A DNA stretch of 34,679 nucleotides from a virus (lineage: Duplodnaviria; Caudoviricetes), in the IMG/VR virus record IMGVR_UViG_3300027708_000195, positions 1 through 34,679 of that record; one strand, written 5' to 3'. Within the stretch, counting starts at the first letter, position 1. Each line of letters starts with the position of its first letter. The notes under the pieces are model-generated. The model was given only the letters and a program-made list of their open reading frames with translations. It searched no databases and had not been told where the DNA came from. A program made the position numbers and the translations under genes. Below are positions 14,569 through 22,751 of this stretch, piece by piece.

Positions 14569-16322
14569 GCAGGTAAATATTTAGAAGAACGGCTGTTATG
14601 TGCAACCTTATCTTTACCTACTGTCTTCTTACGTGCTGACTGGATTCTGTCCATCATTGCGTATAGCTTACGAGCACCAGCTTCAGTGGAGCCATTGCCC
14701 AACTCAGAAACAATACGGGCTGGAACTACGAATTCACCGTCGGCTAAACGAGCGGGTTGCTTTTTGCCAATCACAGCAGGTATCGAATCAGATACGCCAT
14801 CCCCCGGCCCGCGAAGTAAGCGCCCGCCATCAGAATAACCACCCAAGTTATAGTGCGCATCGGAGAGTCCTCCTGTTGCCTGCTGTTGAACATACTGCTG
14901 ATCGTCAGGGTTGTAAGCGTATTTAAGCCCGGGGTTTGCGTCTTGTTGTTTTGTTCTTAACCCGCGAAGCAACGAGCCTAAAGGACCAACAGGTTGATCA
15001 TCAGGTACGTCAAAATCTGAACGTCCAATACCACCCCCAGCCAACCGAGTGCCCTGCATGTTAGGTTCACCAGACATAGCGTCCACAGTGCCGCCACCAG
15101 ACGGAGCCATGCTTTGCATCATATTAGTAGAGCGGGGGTCTTGATAGGGCGTAGCAAAAGACGATGTAGTCATGTTTGCCATTGGGTACATGGTATTTGC
15201 ACCTAACGTGGCTTGGTTAGACATCTGCTCAACAGGTCCACCACCAGCAAAATGGTAGAGGTCTTTAGCCGCAGAAGCAGAAATTGGGGAGTACGAAGGG
15301 CTGAAATACTTTTGTTGACGACCGTAATTACCACTTCCGTATAACATTTGATCGTACGAAGGTACGTCAGGGGCAGGTAATGGGTTTGTTTTGTCCGCGC
15401 TGTATGAATACCGCTGACCCATATCTTTGTCTGGTGCGGCTGGCGCTGCGGGATCTTTTTTCATACCGTAGGCTACGCTTCCAAGAGCAGCAACGGAAGT
15501 TTTGGGGTTTGCAGAAATAAAATCACCTGCGTTACTAAACGATGCACCGCTTCTAATAGCTGAAGCACGATCGGCGGCGTTCATGTCTGCAAAAGATGAT
15601 GGTGTTGCCGTCGGTGTCGGTGTGGGAGAACTTAACCCCATGCCATCAATGTTATATTGTGGCCCACCCGCTGCTTGTACTGCTTGAGCCGGTTGGATAC
15701 CTGCTGTCGGGTTTGTTGCCCCAAATGATTCTGCGGGAGTCATCGTAAGCCCATTGACCCCACCTTGCGTAGCAGCATTAAAAGCTTGAGTAGAACTTGC
15801 AAGAGGCGTTGCCCCCGCCGCCACGTTTCCAGTTGTTGCTGCTATAGAAGGTACAGCACTTTGTTGAGCGGCAATATTAGCGGCGGAACGTGCGGCTTCT
15901 GTAGCCTCTAGCCCCTGAGCAGCCGATGCCCCTGCGTTTGTTGCATTTACTCCCACTTGCGAAGCACCGGCAGCACCAGCCGAACCAGCCAGACCAGCGC
16001 CACCATAAGCGCCGAGGCCAGCCATAATGCCTTGCTTCAAACTACCTGTACGCGCTGTTTGCAGTGCGCCAACAATACCAGCGGCTCCCCATGCTTGCAT
16101 ACCGGGAATCATCATTAGGCCCGCGCCAGCAACCATAGGCAAAATAGCGGAAAGGAATCCCGCTTCAGGAAGTCCAGTTTGCGGATTGATAGTTAAAGAC
16201 CCACCATGAGCCATAGCAATTTTTTGAAGGCTGGCTACTTCGCCTTTGTCCATATGGACGAGCATCTTGTCTTTGCCACGACCGTGGGATGCTAAATGTT
16301 TGGCAGCAAGTTGTAGGCTCAT
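14565..16322 (-). CDS. Internal virion / ejection protein with hydrophobic N-terminal segment and GPGDGxSDSIP..L.DGEFV motif
   Basis: 585 aa, no Cys. N-terminal LVHM..E...TINPQTGLPEA, then a G/A-rich hydrophobic region; C-terminal GPGDGVSDSIPA...ARLADGEFVVPA. Confidence 0.72.
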   Translation of the reverse strand: MSLQLAAKHLASHGRGKDKMLVHMDKGEVASLQKIAMAHGGSLTINPQTGLPEAGFLSAILPMVAGAGLMMIPGMQAWGAAGIVGALQTARTGSLKQGIMAGLGAYGGAGLAGSAGAAGASQVGVNATNAGASAAQGLEATEAARSAANIAAQQSAVPSIAATTGNVAAGATPLASSTQAFNAATQGGVNGLTMTPAESFGATNPTAGIQPAQAVQAAGGPQYNIDGMGLSSPTPTPTATPSSFADMNAADRASAIRSGASFSNAGDFISANPKTSVAALGSVAYGMKKDPAAPAAPDKDMGQRYSYSADKTNPLPAPDVPSYDQMLYGSGNYGRQQKYFSPSYSPISASAAKDLYHFAGGGPVEQMSNQATLGANTMYPMANMTTSSFATPYQDPRSTNMMQSMAPSGGGTVDAMSGEPNMQGTRLAGGGIGRSDFDVPDDQPVGPLGSLLRGLRTKQQDANPGLKYAYNPDDQQYVQQQATGGLSDAHYNLGGYSDGGRLLRGPGDGVSDSIPAVIGKKQPARLADGEFVVPARIVSELGNGSTEAGARKLYAMMDRIQSARKKTVGKDKVAHNSRSSKYLPA

Positions 16323-16350
16323 TTTTGCCTCGTAGATGGGGGGTTAATCG

Positions 16351-16359
16351 AGTTTATCA
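16351..16359 (-). promoter_or_regulatory. Candidate extended -10 promoter (TGnTAAACT) ahead of the ejection module
   Basis: The - strand reads TGA-TAAACT, reusing the upstream stop codon, in the largest intergenic gap of the arm (16323-16356). SD GAGG precedes the ATG at 16322. Confidence 0.35.
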
Positions 16360-16692
16360 TGCCTTAATCCTTAATGGGTAACTTGTTGCTACACCACCAG
16401 ACGTATCGTAGTAAATATCACCTGAGCGCAAAAGAGCAAAATCTGCGTCTGTCGGCAAACTAATAACAGAGACTCCAGCGTTGTTTGGCTCGGTACAACT
16501 TAAAGCTGAGATTACTACAGCAGGCGTAGACCCAATTGCGGGTCGTCTTTGTGTTGATGCAAGTATTGGTCCGGGGTTATCTAAGCCATTAAAGTATTGA
16601 CGCAAAATACTAGTAAGTGCATCCATATATACGCGGTCGTATTCAACAGGAGCGGCTGGGAGTCGTGGAGCTATTACACCTTTATTTGCCAT
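16357..16692 (-). CDS. Small virion protein downstream of the tail nozzle (possible tail plug/needle-associated)
   Basis: 111 aa with APRLPAAPVEYD..L..ILRQYFNGLD; the call is from position only. Confidence 0.6.
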   Translation of the reverse strand: MANKGVIAPRLPAAPVEYDRVYMDALTSILRQYFNGLDNPGPILASTQRRPAIGSTPAVVISALSCTEPNNAGVSVISLPTDADFALLRSGDIYYDTSGGVATSYPLRIKA

Positions 16693-16694
16693 GC

Positions 16695-19262
16695 TTATCT
16701 CCTACCATCTGGGCGAACATCAATACGTGGAGCGCCTAACTGCCACTGCGTACCAAGGTCTGATGAAGAAATCTTAAATGCCATCTGACGTCCACGAATC
16801 CGCACATAGACCTGTTGGGTAAATTGCTGGACGTTATATGTTGTTGTACTGGCGTAAGACTGCGCGCTGTTTACAAAGGGATTATCTGAAGAACCGTAAT
16901 TTGCTCCGGGGTTTTGACGCGGTCTTACTGTAAAGTTAGTGGAGGGCGCTGCTGAGGTGGAGCCATCAAAAGTGATGTCGGGAATAAGTCTCCAAACAAA
17001 ACCAAAATTATGACCGTCACCAATATCAAAATCCGAGGATTGAACATAGGCATCAATAGCAGTGGGCGTGCTAGTCTCGTTGTTGTCCACAGTAGTTTCA
17101 TGGTACACAACAGCACCATTTGTGTAAGCACCACTAGCGTTATATCCAATAGCCGCCATAGGTTCGGCACGTAATGGGCTATCCAACCAAGCAGTACGTG
17201 GGCGCACAGTTGTGCCGTTAAATGTGCCGTAGTACCAAGTGCGCTCAAGGTGGTTATAGATTACATAGCGGTCTATCAAACTATTGGGTGTACCCGCTGT
17301 CCCTGTCCCATTACCACCATCAGAAGTGGTTCCTGTAATAGACGGGTAGAACCACCAGATTTCGTTGTAACCTTCATTAGTTCCGCAATGCACTTGGAAC
17401 GCTTCTGTCAAGTTAATGTTGCCATAGATGTACTGACGTAACGCGCAAGGTAGTGTTTCCACGCGACCAGAGTACATATAGAACTTATCTGTCCCCATCC
17501 AATAAGTGACGTTGTTAACCACTTGCATTGCATTAGGGCTAACAATAGAAATGTTGTCGGCAAGAATTTGACTACCCCAAACATATGGAGCGCCTAGATA
17601 TTGGAATGAGTAGATAGCCGCATCAGTTACTACCAATATTTCTTGGCGTGTTTGTATTGCAGTAACAATAGTAGAACCGTGGCTTAGACGGATACCACCT
17701 GCTTGGTTGGTAATAGACGGAGTCCATGTAACAAGCGTGTTTTGGTCAGACCAGCGAACTTGCAAAGGGTCTTGGGCTACCGTCGCATACACACCCGTTG
17801 GGTCGTTACAACCAAAAGCAAAAGTGAAACGTGAAGCATCAGATACCAACACAAAGTTAGCAACGGATGGGCAGGTTGTATCAGGTGTAAACGAACCAGA
17901 TTTTGTAACTATAGCCGTACTTGCTTTAACAATTTGTCCACGGTCATAGACGTTAGGGCTTCCGTTATTTGCCCAGTAGTACATAGCGCCGCCACGCGGG
18001 TTAAACACTAAGTCTTCGCCGTAGTTAGACTGACTCCATAAACGCAACTGAATACCCACAGAAAGACCCGCTGGTGCAGCTAGTCCCCATCCTGATGCAG
18101 TAGAAGGAAACTGAGAAACTAATTCACCACTAGCATGGGCAGATGCTGGCGTATTGCTTACGCCACGGGTAATAGTTCCAGCAAGCGTGCTTCCGCTAAC
18201 CGTTGTGTATGTAATAGTTTCAATTCCAATAAACACAACTCCGCCAGCGCCCGTGATGGTTGTAGAGGCTACCGCAGTGGTTGTATTAGTATTCCAAATA
18301 GAACCCGTACCTGTACCAGACACGTTAGAAAGAATGTATGTACCTGCGGCAACACCTGTGCCAGTAACAACCATGCCAACGTAAATAGTTCCAGAGGCAA
18401 GTGTTCCGACAGTCAACACACCCGTAGCCGAGATGGTAGAAGTCGTCATGGACGCTGCACCATTGTTAAAACTTGTAGTAGATGCAAGCGTGATTGCAGT
18501 TGTTGAACTAGCAGTAACTGCCGTACCACCATTTATCGTAGATGAAGCCGAAGGTCCGCTAGAGCCACCCCAACCGCCAACACCCCAACCCGTACCATAA
18601 GTAAAAGTTGTATTACCCGTAGTTAATTGATAATTAAATGTAGCGGTAACAGCAGATGTGCTACCGGATGTTGCCGCACTCTTTGCAGTGACTGTGTACT
18701 GGCTAGAACTTACATAGGTAACAATTTGAAACTCACCAGTTAAATCGGTAGCGGGTATGCCATTAACAGTACCAGACACACTAGTGATGTTTACAAAATC
18801 CCCTACCTGCGCCCCATGTCCGGGGTCATTAACTATGACACTTGTTGAAGCATTTGTTGTAGTAAAAGCGTTGGCTACGCCTGTACTTGTTAAACGTATA
18901 GGAGTTACGTCGTTATACGCACCGCCAGAAGAGTTTTGGATGTAATACTTGAGGTTAGTTCCTACTGCCAAAAGGTTGTAGCCAGTCAGGTTAATCCAAT
19001 TCCACATAGCCTTAGCAATACCCCAATACGAGCCAGTACTAGACGTTACAGTAGCGGCAGTCGTAAGCCCGCTAGTAGATATAAGGGTTGTAACGGGTTC
19101 TGTTGTAGCAATCGAACCGCCGTCACGTTGCCAACCACCAATCTTCTCTGGGTAGCCAGAACGGAAACGAATTTTGTCGCAGTCAAACCAACCGCCCTCG
19201 TTAGATAGGGTAGTGCCTTCGCGGTTAACGCCGGGTCTAAACTGTAGTTTTTGTAATGGCAT
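16695..19262 (-). CDS. Tail nozzle / packaged-DNA stabilisation protein (P22 gp10 / T7 gp12-like beta-propeller) with inserted T/S/G-rich domains
   Basis: 855 aa. N-terminal PGVNRE..W..CDKIRFRSG.PEKIGGW; VRWSDQ; EIWWFYPS; YVIYNHLERTWY; C-terminal RIRGRQ..W.LG..R.D..PDGRR. Confidence 0.75.
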   Translation of the reverse strand: MPLQKLQFRPGVNREGTTLSNEGGWFDCDKIRFRSGYPEKIGGWQRDGGSIATTEPVTTLISTSGLTTAATVTSSTGSYWGIAKAMWNWINLTGYNLLAVGTNLKYYIQNSSGGAYNDVTPIRLTSTGVANAFTTTNASTSVIVNDPGHGAQVGDFVNITSVSGTVNGIPATDLTGEFQIVTYVSSSQYTVTAKSAATSGSTSAVTATFNYQLTTGNTTFTYGTGWGVGGWGGSSGPSASSTINGGTAVTASSTTAITLASTTSFNNGAASMTTSTISATGVLTVGTLASGTIYVGMVVTGTGVAAGTYILSNVSGTGTGSIWNTNTTTAVASTTITGAGGVVFIGIETITYTTVSGSTLAGTITRGVSNTPASAHASGELVSQFPSTASGWGLAAPAGLSVGIQLRLWSQSNYGEDLVFNPRGGAMYYWANNGSPNVYDRGQIVKASTAIVTKSGSFTPDTTCPSVANFVLVSDASRFTFAFGCNDPTGVYATVAQDPLQVRWSDQNTLVTWTPSITNQAGGIRLSHGSTIVTAIQTRQEILVVTDAAIYSFQYLGAPYVWGSQILADNISIVSPNAMQVVNNVTYWMGTDKFYMYSGRVETLPCALRQYIYGNINLTEAFQVHCGTNEGYNEIWWFYPSITGTTSDGGNGTGTAGTPNSLIDRYVIYNHLERTWYYGTFNGTTVRPRTAWLDSPLRAEPMAAIGYNASGAYTNGAVVYHETTVDNNETSTPTAIDAYVQSSDFDIGDGHNFGFVWRLIPDITFDGSTSAAPSTNFTVRPRQNPGANYGSSDNPFVNSAQSYASTTTYNVQQFTQQVYVRIRGRQMAFKISSSDLGTQWQLGAPRIDVRPDGRR

Positions 19263-19270
19263 TTCTATTC

Positions 19271-19747
19271 CTATGACAAGAAAAGGGCACGCTCATCGTT
19301 GCGTCGCGTCACTAACCCTTTTAACACTTTTCCGCCTGCCTTAGTGTATTTCAAGAACTCGTCTGCCGCACCTTCAATATCGCCGCGAAGAACCTTTTGA
19401 CGGAGGGTTGAGCGCTGTAGTGTTCCCAAACCAACATTAAAGCTAAAAGATACAAGACCATCGAAGTTGCCTTGGGTAAGTTGAACTGGGCATAGAGTTG
19501 ATACACCCCGCTCAAACCTAGCCAAATCTGCTCTAAGAATTGCATCAACTTCCTCCATCGAGTACACGCGGTTATCTTCTGGTAGCAACTGTATTGCCGC
19601 CCTTTGGTCTACAGGCAACCTAGCCTGTGAGTCATACATTAAATGACCAACGCCCACTGTCCAGAGGTACACCGAGTCCCGATAAGGCTTCTGCCTCACC
19701 CCCTCATGGTGCTTTATATCCTCAATACAAAGGGCGCTTATTTTCAT
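19271..19747 (-). CDS. Endolysin, GH24 phage lysozyme (muramidase)
   Basis: HEGVRQKPYRDSVYLWTVGVGH gives the E-x8-D-x5-T triad; also FDGLVSFSFNVG and GLVTRRNDERALF. No signal-anchor N-terminus. Confidence 0.93.
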   Translation of the reverse strand: MKISALCIEDIKHHEGVRQKPYRDSVYLWTVGVGHLMYDSQARLPVDQRAAIQLLPEDNRVYSMEEVDAILRADLARFERGVSTLCPVQLTQGNFDGLVSFSFNVGLGTLQRSTLRQKVLRGDIEGAADEFLKYTKAGGKVLKGLVTRRNDERALFLS

Positions 19748-20250
19748 TTCTTGCCAAATGCTTGTGTACCAAACCAGAACGACACCACAGATGCCCAGAT
19801 GATCTGAGTCTCGTTATCCCATAGCAGGTCTAGCGCCACATCAAACGGCACTTCCTTGTGATAAGCAAACCAGAAACCAAATATTTCCACAAAGGCAAAC
19901 AGAATAAACATTCCATAAGTTATGGCGGGGCGCACCATAGCACGGGCATTGATTACCCACAAACTGGCTCCTTGACCAATAGCAATGTCGTGGGCATACA
20001 GGGCTTGGCGCTCTTGCATAGCAGTCTGCGCGTTGGTTACTTCAGCGTTAATCTGTATCTGCTCTGTTTGGATATGCTCAATACGTTCTTGCGCTTCTAA
20101 ACCAGCTTTACGTAAAGTTAGTTCCCTCTCCGTCTGCATGGCGGCAAGGGCAATTTCATGCTTCTTATCAGCACGGTCTTGGAAGAAGTCCATCAGTTTC
20201 GGTAACCCACCCATCAGGAAAGACAGTAGGGTTGAGAATAGTGTCATCAT
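19744..20250 (-). CDS. Holin-like membrane protein (GTA 3TM holin type)
   Basis: Hydrophobic N-terminus, a coiled coil, VRPAITY plus TM helix and C-terminal VVSFWFG; ATGA overlap with the lysozyme gene. Confidence 0.7.
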   Translation of the reverse strand: MMTLFSTLLSFLMGGLPKLMDFFQDRADKKHEIALAAMQTERELTLRKAGLEAQERIEHIQTEQIQINAEVTNAQTAMQERQALYAHDIAIGQGASLWVINARAMVRPAITYGMFILFAFVEIFGFWFAYHKEVPFDVALDLLWDNETQIIWASVVSFWFGTQAFGKK

Positions 20251-20423
20251 TTTGATTCCTTTAGTTCACGTTTAAGTTTGCGCAACTCTTTCATTTCTTG
20301 TTTGAGTTGTGCTCGCATGTATAGGGTTTCTACGTATGCCATTGAAGTAACTCCTACCACAATACATATTGCGACTCCAATCAAAACCCAGTAGACCAGC
20401 TTCGTAGTTGCCACATCATCCAT
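20247..20423 (-). CDS. 58-aa single-TM + basic coiled-coil protein in the lysis cassette (not in ORF track)
   Basis: Hand translation: MDDVATTKLVYWVLIGVAICIVVGVTSMAYVETLYMRAQLKQEMKELRKLKRELKESK. Fills the gap and its TGA overlaps the holin ATG. Confidence 0.7.
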   Translation of the reverse strand: MDDVATTKLVYWVLIGVAICIVVGVTSMAYVETLYMRAQLKQEMKELRKLKRELKESK

Positions 20424-21097
20424 CCAAAAAACAAAGATATAAACACAACTGCGACTCCACTACTTACCAACCCAATAAATTCAATCTCGTCCTGCTCTTG
20501 CTTCCACCTTGCCATCCTAGCCCTGCGAATCATTTCTGCCCTAGCCCACTCCTGCTCACGTTCAATCTTGCCGTGCATCACCAGAAATCTGCTGTACAAA
20601 TCTTTTAGTTCTGGCGGGGCGTAGACCATTGCCTCTCTGGTCTGCTCCATCAACTTCTCCATCTGCAACTCAATCAAAGCACGCTCAATAGCCTTTTTGC
20701 TGGTGTTCTGCGCTGGGTCGTAGTTGGTTTTGCTTGTCTCTTCAAGTTCTGCGTAGTAGTTGCTTATCTCTTGTTGTGTGTCAAAAAGGACGCCGAGGTT
20801 TGCCCCAATCTCGCTGATAAGTTTGAGTTCAAGTTCCTCGTAGGACTGTTGCTGTTTGGTTGCTGGCTTGGCTTTCTTTTGCGCCACAGGCTTGGGCGTC
20901 TCGGCGGCTGGTTTACTAACAAATAGACCAATGAACCAATCAAAAATTCCTTTGATTGCCTTGACATCTCCGATGACCTGCTCTGCCGTCTTCTTTGCGC
21001 CCTCAAGTTCCATGCGGCCTTCATGCAGGAAAGCGCACCCCTGCTTGATGAAACCAACCGCAGTTTGGGCAATGAGGAGGGCAGAGAACGGGTCCAC
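20381..21097 (-). CDS. Coiled-coil protein with C-terminal TM helix (lysis-cassette associated, MDPxS-type)
   Basis: 238 aa, GTG start, helical; TM segment FIGLVSSGVAVVFISLFFGWMMW. Confidence 0.7.
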   Translation of the reverse strand: MDPFSALLIAQTAVGFIKQGCAFLHEGRMELEGAKKTAEQVIGDVKAIKGIFDWFIGLFVSKPAAETPKPVAQKKAKPATKQQQSYEELELKLISEIGANLGVLFDTQQEISNYYAELEETSKTNYDPAQNTSKKAIERALIELQMEKLMEQTREAMVYAPPELKDLYSRFLVMHGKIEREQEWARAEMIRRARMARWKQEQDEIEFIGLVSSGVAVVFISLFFGWMMWQLRSWSTGF

Positions 21098-21100
21098 ACT

Positions 21101-21997
21101 TTAGTAGCCCCACCAGATAAAGACTGCGCCTTGATAGCCAGCAGCGGAAATCCAAGCACCGTTTTGCTGACCGCCAACGTCGGATTGAGCAGTTCCCCCA
21201 GCGCCACCGCCACCACCATAAGCGTATCCTCCTGTAGCGGGACCTCCGTAAGGGCCATTTGCTCCAGCCGCCGTGCTTCCAGAAGTAAGAATTGTTGACG
21301 CGCCTACAGATGTATTTATTGCATAAGAGTTTCCGCCGTAGCCACCTACCTGCGTGTCATCTGGCGCATTTTGCCCAGCAACAGGAGTAACAAGTGCTGA
21401 ACCCGCTGATGCACCTCCAGCAGCGCCGCCATACCTTGTGGGGTTTTCTGAAACTTGACCGCCGCTGCCACCGGTTGCAACTGCTACGTTAGAACTATTT
21501 ACAGTTATGGTTGTAGTACCGCCCGCACTTCCACCTGAGCCGCCACTACCATATATACCATCACGCGATGCGCCACCAGCACCTGAGCCGCCAATAGAAA
21601 AATAGACAGTCTGACCGGGTGTTACAGAAACAGTTGTATATGCGTTGCCGCCTGCTCCGCCTCCACCACCTCCGGTTAAATATCCGCGAGCATATGAACG
21701 GCTAGAACCGCCGCCGCCACCCGCACCACCACCAATAGCCAAGACCTTAATGCTTGTACCCGATGTAGCTGGGAGTGTGTACGACGAACCGCTAGTCAAA
21801 ATACCGCTATTGGCTGCAATCACATAGGACTTGCCACTTAGTTGGCTAAACGAAATCTGTGATGCAGGTGTAGTCTGTCCCGCCAAAAAACGTACATTGG
21901 TGTCGTTTAGCGTAATTAGCGTAGTTGAGCTAACTAATAACTCAGCATTTACCTGAGAAAAAGACAGCGACGCTGGTGGCGAGACTGGTAATGTCAT
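21101..21997 (-). CDS. Glycine-rich adhesin / fibre-tip protein (polyglycine-II sandwich type)
   Basis: N-terminal attachment-like domain (LSFSQVNAEL...ISFSQLSGK), then IGGGAGGGGG repeats ending GYQGAVFIWW. Confidence 0.7.
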   Translation of the reverse strand: MTLPVSPPASLSFSQVNAELLVSSTTLITLNDTNVRFLAGQTTPASQISFSQLSGKSYVIAANSGILTSGSSYTLPATSGTSIKVLAIGGGAGGGGGSSRSYARGYLTGGGGGGAGGNAYTTVSVTPGQTVYFSIGGSGAGGASRDGIYGSGGSGGSAGGTTTITVNSSNVAVATGGSGGQVSENPTRYGGAAGGASAGSALVTPVAGQNAPDDTQVGGYGGNSYAINTSVGASTILTSGSTAAGANGPYGGPATGGYAYGGGGGAGGTAQSDVGGQQNGAWISAAGYQGAVFIWWGY

Positions 21998-22743
21998 TAC
22001 GGTGTTCCGTATCCAGTTACGTTAGCCTTGGCAATGATATTGCCAGATGAGTCGATAGAGAAAACCGTTACGCCACCGTAGGCAAAGTTCAATTTAGTGC
22101 TGGACTGAGTAACAGTCCAAGCCGTACCAGCAGAAGCGCCAGTAGTCAGGCTACCAGCAGATAAGTTAACCGCAGTGCCCGATGCGTTTGTTGCGACTAA
22201 AGCAGTTGGCGTTCCCAGAGCAGGTGTTACCAACGTAGGGCTAGTAGCGAGAACCACTCCTCCCGTGCCTGTTGAAGCGGATGTAGAACCTGTGCCACCT
22301 GAGCCAGTCGGCAAAGCAGCGCCAAGGGTCAGGGTAGCCATATAGTTTGTGGCACTAACTATGTCTGTGCCGTTAGATACAAGAACCACTTTGGCTGCGG
22401 CCGGGACTGAAACCCCAGTCAATCCAGTAACTTTGACTGTGACTGCGCCAGTAGAGTTGTTGTAGATGAAGTACAACTTCTTGTTGGATGGTACGATTAA
22501 GTTAGTGCTTGCTCCGCCTGTACCCGTTAATTCAATGAACATGTTACGAGCCGTAGCAGATGCGCCGTTGGTCATAGCCAGCGTGGTATCCGTGCCAGTG
22601 GTGACAGACTGGGTCACGTAGCCAGAGACAGCCTGTTCAAGCAAGGTGCCGAGGTTGGTGTTGGTCGTTGATCCCCAGTTACCTGCTTGGTCGCCAGTAC
22701 CGATAAGCTCGAGCGCTAGGTTGGTTGAGTACGTACTTGACAT
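21997..22743 (-). CDS. Tail fibre protein
   Basis: MSSTYSTNLALELIGTGDQAGNWG N-terminus; VLATSPTLVTPALGTP fibre repeat; C-terminal FSIDSSGNIIAKANVTGYG. TAATG overlap with the adhesin gene. Confidence 0.7.
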   Translation of the reverse strand: MSSTYSTNLALELIGTGDQAGNWGSTTNTNLGTLLEQAVSGYVTQSVTTGTDTTLAMTNGASATARNMFIELTGTGGASTNLIVPSNKKLYFIYNNSTGAVTVKVTGLTGVSVPAAAKVVLVSNGTDIVSATNYMATLTLGAALPTGSGGTGSTSASTGTGGVVLATSPTLVTPALGTPTALVATNASGTAVNLSAGSLTTGASAGTAWTVTQSSTKLNFAYGGVTVFSIDSSGNIIAKANVTGYGTP

Positions 22744-22751
22744 GGTTTACC

